Origin: Trichinella spiralis
Lineage: Eukaryota
Length of the DNA stretch: 64,000 bases
Assembly: GCF_000181795.1 (NCBI RefSeq)
Contig: NW_003526944.1
Location: forward strand, 886,103-950,102
Direction: 5' to 3'
The number at the start of each line of letters is the position of its first letter. Within the stretch, counting starts at the first letter, position 1. The notes beneath the pieces were generated by a model that worked only from the letters and a program-made list of their open reading frames with translations, was not told the DNA's origin and searched no databases. Position numbers and translations under genes: made by a program. Positions 26,083 through 39,510 of this stretch are shown one piece after another.

Positions 26083-29000
26083 TCAACTGCCCCGGCTAAA
26101 CAAAAATAAGAAAAAAAAATATACATATATAAATGGAAACTGTCTACGTCTACCTGGATAAAGTTGAATGGCGATGTCGAACACGGCGTCTGTGATTTCT
26201 GCTGCGCTTTTTCGACCTCGAACGATCACGTTCCCCGCCATAATACAGCCGATCTCTTAATAAATAAACAAACAAACATTTTTTTAATATCAAAAATTCC
26301 AATTCAAACAAAAATAATCAAATAAAAAATTCAAACTGTTTTCTTCGAAGCAAAGACATCTCGCGAATATGTTCCTCCCTTTCCTGAAATATACACATTC
26401 AAACGAACGACAATATAATTTCGACCAATAAAAAAAAATATATACATACCATTCTCTCACGACGCCTTTCTTCTCTTTTCATTTTCTCCTCTTCTTGATT
26501 ACGAGCAACTAGAAAAATTAAAACAATCACAATTTAAGCGTATTAATAATAAAGAAAACCAAAGTTTCATTCTTCCTCTTACGCATCTTTCGCAACGCTC
26601 GCTGCGTTCTCATCTTCAACAATTCCGCACCAGTCGGTTTTGTATTTTTCTTATTAAAAAAACCATATTCAAATTTGGCATTCAAATAAAAAAAGACAGA
26701 AAAAAGCACTCACTTTCGAATGGTCATCATTTGTTACCACATTAGCGACATTCTTTGCATTCCTGAAAGACCAATTTTAAATAATAGTATTATAATAATA
26801 AAACACTAAAAGTTACATAAATTCACGTTTCGTTCTCCTCAAACGACGTTTTGTGTTCTCCACTTCTCGTCGTTCTTTTTCAGAATCACTCATACTTGAA
26901 TGAATACTGAGAATTGATGCATCCGACTGTTGGCTACCGTGTGCCCTCTCTTCACTGTACAACTGCACATTATTTGAACTTATTCTGCTGCCAGTCGTCT
27001 GTACACTTGAAGATCGACTATTTCTGCTTAGACCACTTTTAGCACTGGCACTGTGGTGACTAGCATCGTCACCACTACTACAACTCTTCTTTGCATCATT
27101 ATTGCTACCATCACCATTTGTACTACTACTAGTAGTAGTAGTACGACTCCTACTCCTCCTAGTGTTGCTTCTGTCACTACTCGTACTACAACTGTAGCTT
27201 TTACGACGATGACGATTTCTTCTTGTGTGTCGTGAACTCGATAATATCCTGTGTCGACGACGCCTCTTGGAATGCGACTTCGACTCGACATCTGAGCTGG
27301 ATGCATAGCGTCGCCTGCGATGATCACGCCTGCGACGATAATTGTTCGAACTATCTTCGCTTGAAGTTGAATGGAAAATTTTCTTCTTACATTTCGACCG
27401 ACCACCGCTTAAAATACAAAATTACCAATTAATTATTATCCAAAACAATTAATTATTTTCAAAAAAAAATAAAGAAAACTCAAAGCTGACAGACAATTGA
27501 AAAACTGATTTAACCAAATGACATCAACAAAGTTTAAAAGTTTAAAATTATACCAACTGAATGTACATAGCTTGCAATCAATCAACAGAAAAAATAAATA
27601 AATAAACAAACAAATTTATCCGCATGATAACATAATATTATCACACAAAACACACACACACACCCTCGTGATTTTTTTTGTTTGATTGATAACTAAAAAT
27701 TCCTATATTGATTGCGAAAAAGGTATATATATTTACTGACTGGAACCGTTCCTTGTGTGGACCTGCAACGTCGAAAGGCGATTTCAGTTTCGCCTTCGCC
27801 TTTGCCGGCATTTTCTGCGGTGACTCGCCGCCGAAGCTAGTAATAAACGTCACTTCCCCGTTGCTGGAACTGTGACTCGACGACGACGAGTTACTGTAAT
27901 CGGAATCGGCTAACTGCAGTGACGGTTCTTCTTTGCGAAGCATGCTTCAAATTATTATATTTTTTCAAAACAAAAACATATTTTAAATAATAATCATTTT
28001 TAAAAAAAAAGAATCAAAAATCAAGCATGCCTCAGTGGAACAGCAACATGGCCACGTATTCTGAGTCGCAGTTCTTTCAAACGTTTCCTTTCCCGCCTCG
28101 ATGATTTGCCCTGGATGTATTGGTTTCAAAAAATTATCACATTCTATTCCAATAAACATGAAATAAAATCCTACACTCAACGGATCTTGTTCTTCTCTTA
28201 AAATATCTGAACTGTGAACTTCTTGTCGTTCGATCTCATCCTGTCTGAGAAATCTGTTTGTTGAAAATATTGACAAAAAAATTATTGCATTCAATTTTGC
28301 AAATTTATAAAAAGTACTACTACTTTGCAAAATCGCCAGGCTTTATGTGATATCGAGCACCGAGTCGGTCCAATTCGAGAATATCTTCTTTTGTCAGTTG
28401 ATTGATATCCAAATGTACATCTGAAAAGAAAAAAAACAAATTATTAAAATTTCAGCTATTCCATTCTTATTATATGGCTGATTTAAATTGAAACAATACC
28501 AAATTCTTCCCCTTTCAATTCATCCAAATCTTCCTCATCACTGCTCAGTTGACTAACAGATGGCTGTTTATTTATGGATTCGTTCCAAGGCTTTGCTTTG
28601 GCCGTATCGGTGCACAATTCCGTGCTATCTTCATAACTGTACCCTATAGCGGCACGTTCGGGTGCAAGTTGCCTTGAACAGATAAAAAAAAATTAACATG
28701 TGCTGATAAGCTGATAAGCTCACTTTTTCTTCGCTTCTTCTCGCTTGACCACTGAAGTTATCACTGAACTACCGAAATGTTCTTCCATGTACATTTGCTT
28801 CAAGAAATGTTCCTCTGGAACTGAAAAACAATACAAATTAATAGATCAATTTATTAATTCGCATAATACTGACCTTTCAAAAAGTCGTTGATGACCAAAA
28901 TTCGAAATCGTTCATAATTTAAATAACTGTCCATCTTTTGCGTTGTTGTAGAAGATTTTCTTTTACCCGTCGCACCTTCTTTGCTTGGCAAAGTGTCGAG

Positions 29001-29393
29001 ATGCGCGCGCACGTCGAATCGATCGATCATCACCGACGGATTGCCCTGCCAGCGTCGCCTGAAAACAACAGCATAAAAATATTTCATGCAAATGACCGAG
29101 CGAAAAAAAAATTTCGTCACCAGGTGGCGGTCGCTGCGTTTGCCGCAGCCGCGTCGGCGTAAATTTTGCACGCTTCGCCGTGAATTTGCAAAAATTCCGT
29201 CGGATCTTTCTTCTGAAAGCATCAACAAACAAATCGATATTTGCTTTTTTTCTCATAATTCATAACAGCAACAACGACAACAACTGGTTTTTACAATTTT
29301 ATCATAAAAGCAGCGCCTGCGATCAGCGCGCTTTTTGTGATCAACCATAATAGAACGAATTTTCTTTTCTTGTCGACGAGCTTCGAACCACAT
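26083..29393 (-). CDS. CLASRP: CLK4-associating serine/arginine-rich splicing protein (SFRS16), multi-exon
   Basis: Start MWFEARRQEKKIRSIMVDHKKRADRRR; WQGNPSVMIDRFDVRAHLD; LNYERFRILVINDF; VTFITSFGGE; long RS-rich exon ~26830-27410; KMRTQRALRK. Confidence 0.92.
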
Positions 29394-29573
29394 CTTCTCA
29401 ACTCACTGAAACCCGACAACACACTTGAAACGATTATATTAACAAACAAACAAACAAACAAAATGTATAAATATGCACGATATACATACGAATCATCCAC
29501 TGAAACAACAAATCAAATGCCAAAAGTTTTATTTAAAAATAATTAAATGCAAAAAATAAAAAAAATTCTAAAT

Positions 29574-31343
29574 TTATTTTTGCTTGTTTCTTTCTCTTTC
29601 TACACGATCCAAAAATTGGGCTCGCCTAAGGCGCAATTCTTCCACTTGAGCTACAGTACCAGGTTTGGCAGGATTTTGTTCAACGGTCGGTGAAGTTGAC
29701 GACTGTTGTGCAACAAATTCATCACTTATCGAAGCTAAAAAAAGAAAGAAAGAAAAATATATGCGCATTTTAAATTCTCTCACGTATGCAAATTGACATT
29801 TTATCTAAATCGAATCGAATCGAATTTTATTGGAAAAATTTTAACGATTTCACATGAACAAAAAATATCATTTGAAAAATCACTTCAACAAAATTATTTA
29901 CATTAATCAGAATCAATCTAGTGATTAATTAAAAGAAAAAAAAAAGAAACTCATCTCCTCAAACTTACGCAGTTGGTCTCTCAAATCGCGAATGCTTTCC
30001 AAAAGTGCAGTCTGCAGAGCTGGATCATCTTCTTGGTAAACAGCGCTTCCTGGCGACGGATTGGAAAAAGCCGTCGTCGGCTGTGCTGAAATTTCCACAT
30101 TTCGACTACTATTCAGTGGACGAGATTTCTGTTCTGGTTTTGAAGAAGCAGAAGAATAACCTGCAGACGAACGTGCACTATAAGAAACTGGACTATTGAC
30201 AAGAAAATCGCCTCGATTTACAGGCAAATCTCCTTCTACTGCAAGTATAGTGCAACCTGAAATCAAGAAGAGCTTGTTCACTAGATCATTGCAATAAACA
30301 AAAATGATAAAAATAACAATCTTTTATTTCTAGTTATACTACAACAGAATACGTCTATTATAAATATACATTTTTCTTTCTTTCTTTCTTTTCAAAATTT
30401 CAAATTACTATCAGTTGATGACTAAATTGAAAGACAAATATTGAAAAAACAAAACTTGAAACAATCTTAACTTTTACACTTATATCTTCATTCACACTCG
30501 ACAAGATTAAGATTAAATTTAATAAAATAAACGAAAAGTATAAAAATTAGAAAAAATAAAAACCGGTTATTTAAAATTCAAACAAAAAAGCAACGATTAA
30601 ACTGATTAAAGATAGCACTGTTCTAAAAACTGAACTAAACAGCTGAAATTCATACTTTTACTTCGTTGTCAATTGTGCGCGTTCTCATTAATTATACCTT
30701 CTTTTTGAAGCTGCGCCAAATAAAGCTCCGAATACGTCTGACTGATCAGTTCGGGTCCATCCAGCATAGAATTCAAATTGTACCAATGTTCCCCAATTTT
30801 TCGAACGGTAAAAAAATGCTGATGACGATGACAAATAAAAGCTGAATGCGAGCTTAAAATCAAATCAACAATTTCAATTTATCAGAAATTTTACTGAGAA
30901 AAATTACCGATAGAAATTTATCACATCACTTGCATTTGTCGGAGCAACCCGGAGAGTGAGATTAAAAGGTTTCAACGCTTCTGATATAACTTGAAGAGAA
31001 AAATACCCACTGTCGTCCATATTTTGGGATTCGCTCTGCAAAAGAAAAAATAAAAAACATGAAATAATAGTAACTAAATCGAAAGTCGGAAAAAAAAAAG
31101 AATAATTTTCATCGATCGAAACATCAATTCATTACTGTAGAATCGCCAGTAACTTTTCTTTCTTCAGCATCAAGACGGCGTGCAATTTCTGCTAAATCAA
31201 CTGCGGTAAAATACTGACCTTGAAGGAGAGCGTTTAAAGCATGCTGAGCGCAAAGCATTCCCTCTTGCTAAAACAGGGAATTGAATTTCTGCTCCGTGAA
31301 TGAGAACCTTTTCGTTTACCTTTTCGAAGAATATACTGTTCAT
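29574..31343 (-). CDS. ATXN3: Ataxin-3 (Josephin-domain deubiquitinase), multi-exon
   Basis: MNSIFFEKQEGMLCAQHALNALLQG; NMDDSGYFSLQVISEAL; HFFTVRKIGEHWYNLNSMLDGPELIS; UIM EDDPALQTALLESI; VCP-binding-like EELRLRRAQFLDR. Confidence 0.95.
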
Positions 31344-32521
31344 CTCTGAAAAAAATAATGCTCAATTATTAAAATTTTTCACTTCACACAAACTATGAAA
31401 ACAATCAAACCAAGCAATCGAGCATCCTCAAACAAAAAAGTTTCGAAATGTGCGTTCAAACATGCTTGAAAAAGAAGCAAAATTCAAATAACCGAGCAAC
31501 TAACAAGAACAACAATACTTGAAAAATAAAATAAGTACAAATCATAACTAAAGAGACATATAATAAAAGTTTTACTAATTTCAGCAAGAGCACAAATTAG
31601 AAATACCTGTTTGTTGAACAATTTGTTACTGCTGCTTTGAAAAGGTCTCACAGAATAAATAGGATGAATGAAACGACAGTATAATGATAATGAAGGAAAA
31701 TTTCTTAGACTGTAACAAGTTATTAACTAACATTATAACTTTATGCTGATATATTTACAATAAATGCTGTCCATTGTATAAATATGTTTTTTAAAATTAT
31801 TTTAATGTGCTATTAATTTGCTTTTTACTTTGATTTTTTGTACTGAAAAAAACAAAAAGTACAAATGTACTACATACGATATACATGAAACGAATGTGCA
31901 CATTTAATTTATTTGATTAAAAAATTAATGATGAAATTTAAATTATTTTATTCCTGCTTGATATCTATATTTACATTTTTACACTGATCAAATTTATCAC
32001 AAATATGAAAAAGTTGGATTTTTGTATTGTTTAAATTTGAATAAATGAGTAGTAATTTGTAAATTACACAAAATATTTGAATTTTTTCTTATTATTGGTC
32101 CGACTAAATAGTTATTTTAACGGGAAGTTATCGGTAATAGGCGCAGCTGTAAACAAACATCTGAGTTTTCGACCGTCTCTATCAGTGCTGTCTAACTGCA
32201 TCAGTTTTGGTGAACTTGACGTTCTAATTCAATTTCTTGTTTAAAAACAATTTGCATTTTGAATTTTGATTCTTAAGAGCTAATATTCAAACGAGTTTCT
32301 TCTTCATACAGTATACGTTCCACGTGAAAATACCTGCACATTTTTAAAAAAGACACTTGGCCACGTGCACAATTTCGTTAATTATTAATATCTTCATTAA
32401 TATTGAAGTGTTGATAGTTATTTCGGTTCATCGAATGAGGCCAAACAAGTATAGTGAACAAAATATTTATTTTAAAAATTGAATTCTAACTCCCATCACA
32501 CGTACGATAACGAAAATAGTT

Positions 32522-35500
32522 TCACAAATCGAAATCAGCAGGCAGGCAAGAAATGGAACTGGAAGGTGTGCTGGATAAACTTTGATAAGTAATTTCAAAT
32601 TCGTCAATCAACTGCAACAGTTCGTTCGGAGTTGGACCTTCCAATCGCTCTAAATAGCAAAAAATATCAAAATCAATGATGAACTAATTTTCAAAATCAA
32701 TAATTACCATAGCCCGGTTTGTCCCGCCTCGCATTAAGCATCTCTAATGCAGTGGTTAAGTCCCACACTTGCACCGAACCATTGTTGTGTCCCGTAAAAA
32801 GAAAACGCCTAGGACAGGCGCCAGTTCCGCTAGACCACTCGCACTCGTGAACCAAATAGCTTGAAATGCTACTTCCATCAACAGATTTTATCACGCAAAC
32901 TCTAAAAAAGAATCCAATCACTCATCTATTAATTCAAACATGTTAAATTAACACATGTGTAAAATTATTTCAACGCAAAAGCTAATCTCTGATTAAAGCT
33001 GACAATTAAATCGTAATTATTGTGAAAAGAAAAACAAACCTTTCGCCTGTTGATGCCAATCGTATGTAAAGTTGAGACGTATCCGGCACTACCTTCTGTA
33101 CAAATACTTGTTCGCTATCCTTATCACCATAGGGACCAACATCGGCAGCTGGGTCAGTGTCCATTGGACCATCGGCCGATTCCAAAGTCATCACTTTGAA
33201 TGATGCTAACGGAGTACTACCAGGCTGTGTGTTGATCATACCTCGAAAGCGTGTCAGTGACCAAGATCGAACATGATTATATTCTGAACAAACTGAAAAC
33301 AAATAGACGTGAATTTTCGATTTTTCAAAAAAAAAATTAATCAAATTGAATTAAAAAACTGAATAAATTTACCTGATATCAAATGACCGGCTGTCAAAGC
33401 AACGCGACTGATTCTGGCACGGTGAACGGTGAATGTTTGAAACAATTGCGGAGAATGGCCCGCCGTTTCTGGATGTTGCGCAATGATACGAACGGCACCA
33501 GTATTTGTGCCATAAGCGATTTCTAACCAGTTGCCCGACATGCCTTAAAATTTAATTTCACTATAAAATATGCGCTTCGAAATTCATTACTACTCTGTGA
33601 ATAATTATAATTAACACGTGTGATCAACTTTCTTATTGCTGAATATGAAGAAATACTGAAATATTATGGTAAATTAAAAATATGGGTACTCCGATTTCGT
33701 CCGCTCCGATTGGTTGTTCGCTCATAGCTTGTACAGCGTTTGTGTTGTTGAGTTGGCAATTGACTTGTGCTATTTTATCAATTATTCAATTTAGATCAGT
33801 CAATTCCACCTCAGAAATTCATGCAAACGAACCGTTCAAACGCCGAACAACAGCCAATCAGCGAACAACCAATCAAAAAAAATTAGGTCAAATTTGAGAC
33901 GGCGAAATCTGAGTAGAGAAAGTTGTCGAAAAATTTTTACTCGATTTTGGAGTCAAATAAATGTTCACTGCAGTAATCGCGTCGCCAAGAGGATCGCGAT
34001 ACAATTCCATCACCAGCAAATCATTATCTTTCATACGCAGTGGAAATTTTTGCATATCTGCACGAGGAAAAATCAACAATTAAAATGGGAAAAAGATAAT
34101 CAAATCAAATCAAATCAAATAATCATACCGATGTAATATATGCTTCCATTGGAGCAACCCAAAAGCAAAAACGAGCCTGCCGTATCATAGGAACAAATTG
34201 GAGTTACGTCTTGAATCTGAAATAAGTTCCTTATTGAAAACAAAAAAAAATTCATTGCAAGAAAACATAACAAATAATAGTAATAATTCGATTAAAATTG
34301 GATAATATTGATCACTTCGCTTTTTAAAAAGTTAAAATGCACAATTTTAAAATGATTATAATTAACTTTATGTTTTAAAAAAAGGTGTAGTACTGACGAT
34401 TTCAACAACAACGACAAACTCGGTTTACTTTTCCTCGTCCGATGGAATTAGATTGCCTAGCTTAACTATTATTGCTTAAATTTAAATTACCTAAGCTAAC
34501 AAAACAATCATTGTGCAAATTCATATGCGAACACCATGTTTCAAATTCAATGAAATTTATTTGCGCGCATCAGAGAAGCAGCCAAAGAAATTCAAATTCT
34601 GCAAAAACGTTCGTTGGTAAAATCGAATCTACCCCGTTTAAAAATGGCAGTTTAATTAAATTATATTTTTTTTTAATTTTCAAGGTTACAAACCTGCCAA
34701 TTTAGTGTCATTCCATGCCATACGACAATTTTTCCCTTCTTGCTAAGAGCCACGAGCTGTGAAGCGATGAAAAGCAACGCATCAATGTGTGCAGTAACAG
34801 AAAAGCGTCCAATTTCTGACGAAACGCCTGCATCATTTACGCTCCACAACAAGATGGTATTATCGTCCAAAGAAACGGCTAGGCAAATGCAACCTTGTCC
34901 AGTAAAGTTTTTACAGCTTATGGCCAAGTGACGGATAGGTCGCTCTGTACGTGGACTTATACACCCTAAGCACCATCCCATGCTGCCTTTTGATCTAAAA
35001 AATCAAATAATCATTTTGATTTAATTTGAAAAAGTAGTATAATTTGCTGACTTGTAGCAGACAACTATTTCACTATAAGCAACTGCAATCCAACTGTGAT
35101 GAGCTCGTATTATACGTACACGAAATGGATCCACTAATGCTTCTGTAAAAAAAATTCAATAAAATTCAGTAAAAAATCTCCATTCAACAAATATATAATT
35201 GGATATATTTTTTTTAAATAGACAAATAAAAACTTTGCTTCGCCTGCCTGAAATTTGCTTGCTTCCAATTTCTAATTGTTTCAACTGCTTTGTAAAATCT
35301 CCTGAAAACCCAGGTCGATGTGGACATTTCCATTTGTTACGCAAAGCGGCTATGTTGTTGCTCAAAAATGGCTTGGATAAATTGCCTGAACTTAATGATT
35401 CCAACGATGAAGTCGGACACAAAGTATTTCTCGAGCTGGAAACTGAAGCACAACACGTGGCAGGGTTATTTTCGTCCCCAGCGACAACATTAGAACACAA

Positions 35501-36457
35501 TCGCACCGCCCCCGGAACCTTGCAGCTCCGGGAACCTATGCAAATTGGTTCCGATTTGTTTCGGGTATGACAACCTTGACGATGAACCAACGGTTGCACT
35601 GATTCGGCTGCTAAATTGAAAACCTGCGACGGCTGAGCAAAATATCCGTGAAATAACACGTCACCGCATGCACTTTGATCCAATTTATCACACAGAACCA
35701 ATCGTTTTACTGAAATAAATACACACATACACACACAAAAATATCCATTTTCAATTAATACTACTCTTATTAAAAACAAACAATCAAAATGAATGTCCAA
35801 TGTAAAAAAAAATTCATCTTACCAAGTGGAGTCAATCCATAAAATTGTGCTTCGTGCTTCAATGCCACTGGATTCACCTCTCTATAAATTCATCTTACTT
35901 GAAAATGCAGAAAATACTCCTAATAAAATGAAAATTTTAATCTTAATTCAATTTTAACCCTTAATCATTTAATAAACGGTTAACAGTAAAACTTCATCAC
36001 ATTTCATTTTAATTTTATATCAATAATAAATTCAAAGTTACATTCAAATGAAACATCGAAGCAATACTCACTTCAAGTCTACTTGCTTGGATCTCATGTA
36101 ATTTAAAATAACCTGAAATAGCTTGGGATCTCGATCGATAAAAATCTAAAAAATAAAACATTACAAGTAAGAAAATTTTTCAAACAAATATGAACATACA
36201 GCGCCATTTTCGTCTTTAACGGCTGGTATTCGACCACTGAGCATACTAAAATACATTTCAAAGAATATCAAGTTTTTGTGTAATGCAATATTTGCCAAAA
36301 CTTCGACCCTACATTACTGCACACTAAATAAATAGTTAACTTATAATTACCTTGTAAAAAACGTATCAGAAATCCACATTAATGTATTTCTAGAAGTGAC
36401 AAATTGTACGCCACCAACGTTCAGCTTAATTAGCGCATCATGTCCATTTAGCGCCAT
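32522..36457 (-). CDS. KCTD3: BTB/POZ + WD40-like protein KCTD3/SHKBP1, multi-exon
   Basis: [122 protein letters not shown]. Confidence 0.93.
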
Positions 36458-38154
36458 CGTGAACCAACAGTGGCACTAAAATATTCCTCACAAATTAAAA
36501 TACAATTAACCGCAGACGCACATAATAAAAATAATCAATTACCATTTATAAAAAAATTATTATAAAATATATCAATCTAAAAGTAAGCAAACTGTTAGTC
36601 ATGAATTCACCACATCATCAATACACCAATAGCTCAAACAATTTGAAACTCAAATGGTTAAAAATGATTGAAACTAACATTACAGAAAAATAATTAGTAA
36701 ATAAGAGTACAATACTTAGGTAATGGCAAAGAAAGCTACGATACAATCGGCATTCAAAAACTACATAATTTCGGAACAAAACAAATCATACCGTTAGTTA
36801 CATTTATTTAATAAAACATCAACATATGAAATGATATAATAATATTAACATGATAAATGCAATTTGAAAATTAAATATAATTCCACTTTTGCTAAAAAAA
36901 ACTACAGAATGCGATGATGCCCATAAAAAGCATACAGTATTTAAAAATTTCAAGTTCAACTGCTTTTACTTTATAAATTTTTAATTTCTGTTGTCTATTT
37001 TTGCAAGAAATTTATTGAAATTGAGAAAATAAATTGACAATAATAATGTTATAAATATATTTTTCAATTCTTTCAAAATAATACATCTTTTGTTACACTA
37101 CTGAATTTCAACTCGATAAGAATATACTGTATTAATCTTTGATTACTTGTCTATTATCTTTTAACATTTATATACAGTTTTAATGTAACAAAAACCACTG
37201 AAATTGGAAAGTGAATTGTTGGTATGAAGTTAGAGCTATTAATATGTTTAGGAAAAATAGTGGCGCGAAACATTATCTGTCATTGCTAACGAATGAAAAA
37301 GCAAACAAATCTGTGGCATATACCCATGCATTATTTTATCATTATATTTTATATCAGGTTGTATTACTTTTGTAAGTAACATTGTATTTTAGAAATTATC
37401 TTCTGAGCTGCACAAATCTTCACTTTAAGTTCTTATCTTAATAAAGTAAACATTTACAACACTAGTATAATGAAAGCAGGAAATAGGTAGAACATCAAAA
37501 CTGCAACAAGTTGGCACAATTTAAACTCTCACAGTCATAAAATGAAAGATGAAAACACCAACAAATTGCCCATATAAGCGTCGCTTTGTACTACTAAATC
37601 AACGTACAACATGTCTTCACAATAAAGGTCAACTGTAAAATTGCGACAAATAAGCTGTCATTTATCAAACCAGCATAAAAAAGCAAGATTATCATCTTTG
37701 TAATATTTCATTTTTGGCATCATTTCTTCAACAATATGGCTATTGCTTTATAACAACTTTTCATAACTTTATTCTGTTATTTTTAATGATAGTCAAGTGC
37801 TAATGTGTCATACAATAAAAAAACCATGTTGACTTAAGCAGATATGCAAAAAATAAAAATATTTGCTTATTTTAAAAGTAAAAAGTAAAATTATTTTCAT
37901 TTGAAGAAGATGTTTAATTGAAACAAAATCGACCGGCAATAAAATTGAATGTTATTGGATTGTGAAAATTGTAACCTATTACGTGTGATAATTGCGAATG
38001 TTTGAACGATCGTTGCCCTTTCGATGATCATCACGTCCTTGTGTAACTTGCCAATTTTGCCCAGCCCAACACAACAAACATTCACTTTCACAATATTCGT
38101 CACAATTGCAGGAACTGTACTATCGCAAAGTGTAAAATAATTTTTCCTTGGGAT

Positions 38155-39510
38155 ATGTCCAAATTGGATTTCGATAAATGCGAAGCGACAGACAAAATGA
38201 ACGCTGTCGTGAATGGAAATTGCGATTGGGAGCATCCGGTGCACCGAATTCTGCAAGAAACTATGGAAAAGCGACGTACCGCTTTGATGCACAACGGTCC
38301 TTACTGGCACCCGCTTAGCGTACCAACGTACGGTGTGGATGAAGTGATGAACTGCTTGGATTCGTTGCTAAAATTTCAGACCACCATGGGTCCCAAGGTG
38401 AAGGGCTTCGAACGGAATTTTGCCAAAGCGATAGGCGTCCGTCATGCGGTGATGGTGAACAGCGGTTCGTCGGCCGATTTGCTCTGCTCGATGGCGTTGA
38501 CCATGGCTTCGGGCAAAATTCTGAATCCTGGCGATGAGATCCTGGTGCCAGCTTTGACATGGCCAACCCAGATCTGGTCTCCACTGTTGGCCAAATTGAA
38601 TGTTCAACTGGTGGACGTTGATCCGGTCACTTTGAACACAACACCAGAAATCGTGGAAAAAGCGATCGGCCCGAAGACGAAAGCGTTGTTCATTGTCCAC
38701 TTGATGGGCAATGTGACGGACATGGATCGAATGGTAGAAATTTGCAATAAGCATAATCTAATTTTGCTGGAAGACTGTTGCGAATCTTTGGGTGCCAAAT
38801 ACAGAGGTCGTCATGTGGGAACGTTCGGTTTGGCCGGCGCCTTTTCCTTCTTCTTCGCCCACCACATTGTAACCATGGAAGGTGGCATGGTTGTGACCAA
38901 CGACGATCAGTTTGCCGACAACATTCGCGTTCTTCGTGCCCACGGCTGGACCAGAGATTTGAATACCAAATTCCAAAACCTCAATGGAATTGATCCCAGA
39001 TTTCTGTTCATCGACAGCGGCTTCAATGTACGACCGACCGAACTGAGCGGTGCGTTTGGTGAAATTCAACTTCAACGGATGCCAGTTTTCTTGAAACGAC
39101 GCCTCTCGGTTTACGAAGCATTCTCAGACTACATCAGCAAACATCTCGCCAATTATTTGTCCATGCCAAAGGTTCACGACCACGTAGAACCCAGTTGGTT
39201 TTCATTGCCAATTTTAATTAACAAACAAGCCGCACTGGAAGCAGGATTTACTAAAAAGGATTTGATTGATTATTTGGAAAAAGCTGGAATTGAAACCAGA
39301 CCAGTACTGATTGGAGATATCAGGAAGCAGCCAGTTGCTGAACATTTCCAGTTTATTCGTGACAGTCACTTGCCCGGAGTGGAATACATTGACAATAATG
39401 CGTTTGTTATTGGGCTTCATTCAGGATTCAAATATGATACAGAAGATCAAGTGCAACTGCACATCAATAAGCTTTGCCAGACTTTTCAACAATTTTTCCA
39501 AAGTTTTTAA
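38155..39510 (+). CDS. Intronless DegT/DnrJ/EryC1/StrS-fold enzyme, ColD-type GDP-4-keto-6-deoxy-D-mannose 3-dehydratase-like
   Basis: 451 aa [52 protein letters not shown]…[14 protein letters not shown] (His236 at the PLP-Lys position), [27 protein letters not shown]. Confidence 0.9.
   Translation: MSKLDFDKCEATDKMNAVVNGNCDWEHPVHRILQETMEKRRTALMHNGPYWHPLSVPTYGVDEVMNCLDSLLKFQTTMGPKVKGFERNFAKAIGVRHAVMVNSGSSADLLCSMALTMASGKILNPGDEILVPALTWPTQIWSPLLAKLNVQLVDVDPVTLNTTPEIVEKAIGPKTKALFIVHLMGNVTDMDRMVEICNKHNLILLEDCCESLGAKYRGRHVGTFGLAGAFSFFFAHHIVTMEGGMVVTNDDQFADNIRVLRAHGWTRDLNTKFQNLNGIDPRFLFIDSGFNVRPTELSGAFGEIQLQRMPVFLKRRLSVYEAFSDYISKHLANYLSMPKVHDHVEPSWFSLPILINKQAALEAGFTKKDLIDYLEKAGIETRPVLIGDIRKQPVAEHFQFIRDSHLPGVEYIDNNAFVIGLHSGFKYDTEDQVQLHINKLCQTFQQFFQSF

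Noticed and set aside
27028..27432. Thr/Ser- or Val-rich ORFs suggesting a mucin or membrane protein
   Set aside because: They are alternative frames of the CLASRP RS-repeat exon.
38155..39510. Perosamine synthase/ordinary DegT aminotransferase, or E1 (RfbH) CDP-sugar dehydrase
   Set aside because: The catalytic Lys position is His, and the Fe-S cysteine cluster of E1 is absent after the HGW motif, so ColD-type fits best.
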